Origin: Schmidtea polychroa
Taxonomy: Eukaryota
DNA length: 64,000 bases
Direction: 5' to 3'
Assembly (NCBI GenBank): GCA_044892525.1
Contig: CM097886.1
Coordinates: 28,458,001 to 28,522,000 of the forward strand
The notes beneath the pieces were generated by a model that did no database searches, was not told the origin of the DNA, and was given only the letters and a program-made list of their open reading frames with translations. This document shows positions 63,691 to 64,000 of the stretch, one piece after another. The position numbers and the translations under genes are program-made. How positions within the stretch are numbered: position 1 is the stretch's first letter; each line of letters opens with the position of its first letter.

Positions 63691-64000
63691 TTCCAATTAG
63701 TTTATACATGAAATTTCAGATAAAATTTAATTATCATTTTCTTCCCTCACAAAATACCACCGAGGACCGAGAGATTCCGAGGAGTTATCTTGTTCATAAC
63801 TAGGAAGAATTATGACAACAGGAAAATGAATTGATAAGAATTTTTATTCTAAATAAAATGACCATTGATTTCATCGTCTCATCTTATTTATAATGGTTTA
63901 AGTCAACAGGGTAATTAAATTATGAATACCTAATAATAAATTGACTCAAATCGATACGATTAGAAATTGACGGGATGCGGACGATGAATTACGAGGGAAA

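Overview
AT-rich eukaryotic (probably invertebrate, ciliated) genomic DNA with many ~40-55 nt GT-AG introns and three N gaps. Host genes: the end of a C-terminal-motor kinesin (+), DNAAF5/HEATR2 (-, 7 exons, ~859 aa), a mitochondrial-type prolyl-tRNA synthetase (+), a divergent casein kinase II alpha (+) and a disrupted Bcl-2-family gene (+). The main feature is a ~22 kb minus-strand LTR retroelement at 1329-23298. It has two near-identical ~5.6 kb TG..CA LTRs, a 4-bp AAAG TSD and a tRNA-Pro PBS, but no recognisable pol and no polypurine tract. Each LTR carries an antisense, intron-retaining MANF/ARMET pseudogene. The interior holds a decayed IAP-type RING ORF upstream of gag, one 1641-codon reading frame (Gag with 3xCCHC, charged linker, internal signal-like peptide, Cys-paired ectodomain, TM, Tyr-motif tail) broken by only two stops, and a decayed third ORF. 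It inserted head-to-head into an older LTR of its own family; a third diverged LTR tail with a different adjacent ORF lies next to it. The rest of the window is dense with small hAT, Tc1/mariner (one with plant Stowaway-type TIRs), Harbinger, Helitron, Penelope and Ty3/gypsy remnants. All calls were made by eye from the sequence and ORF track; no searches were run.
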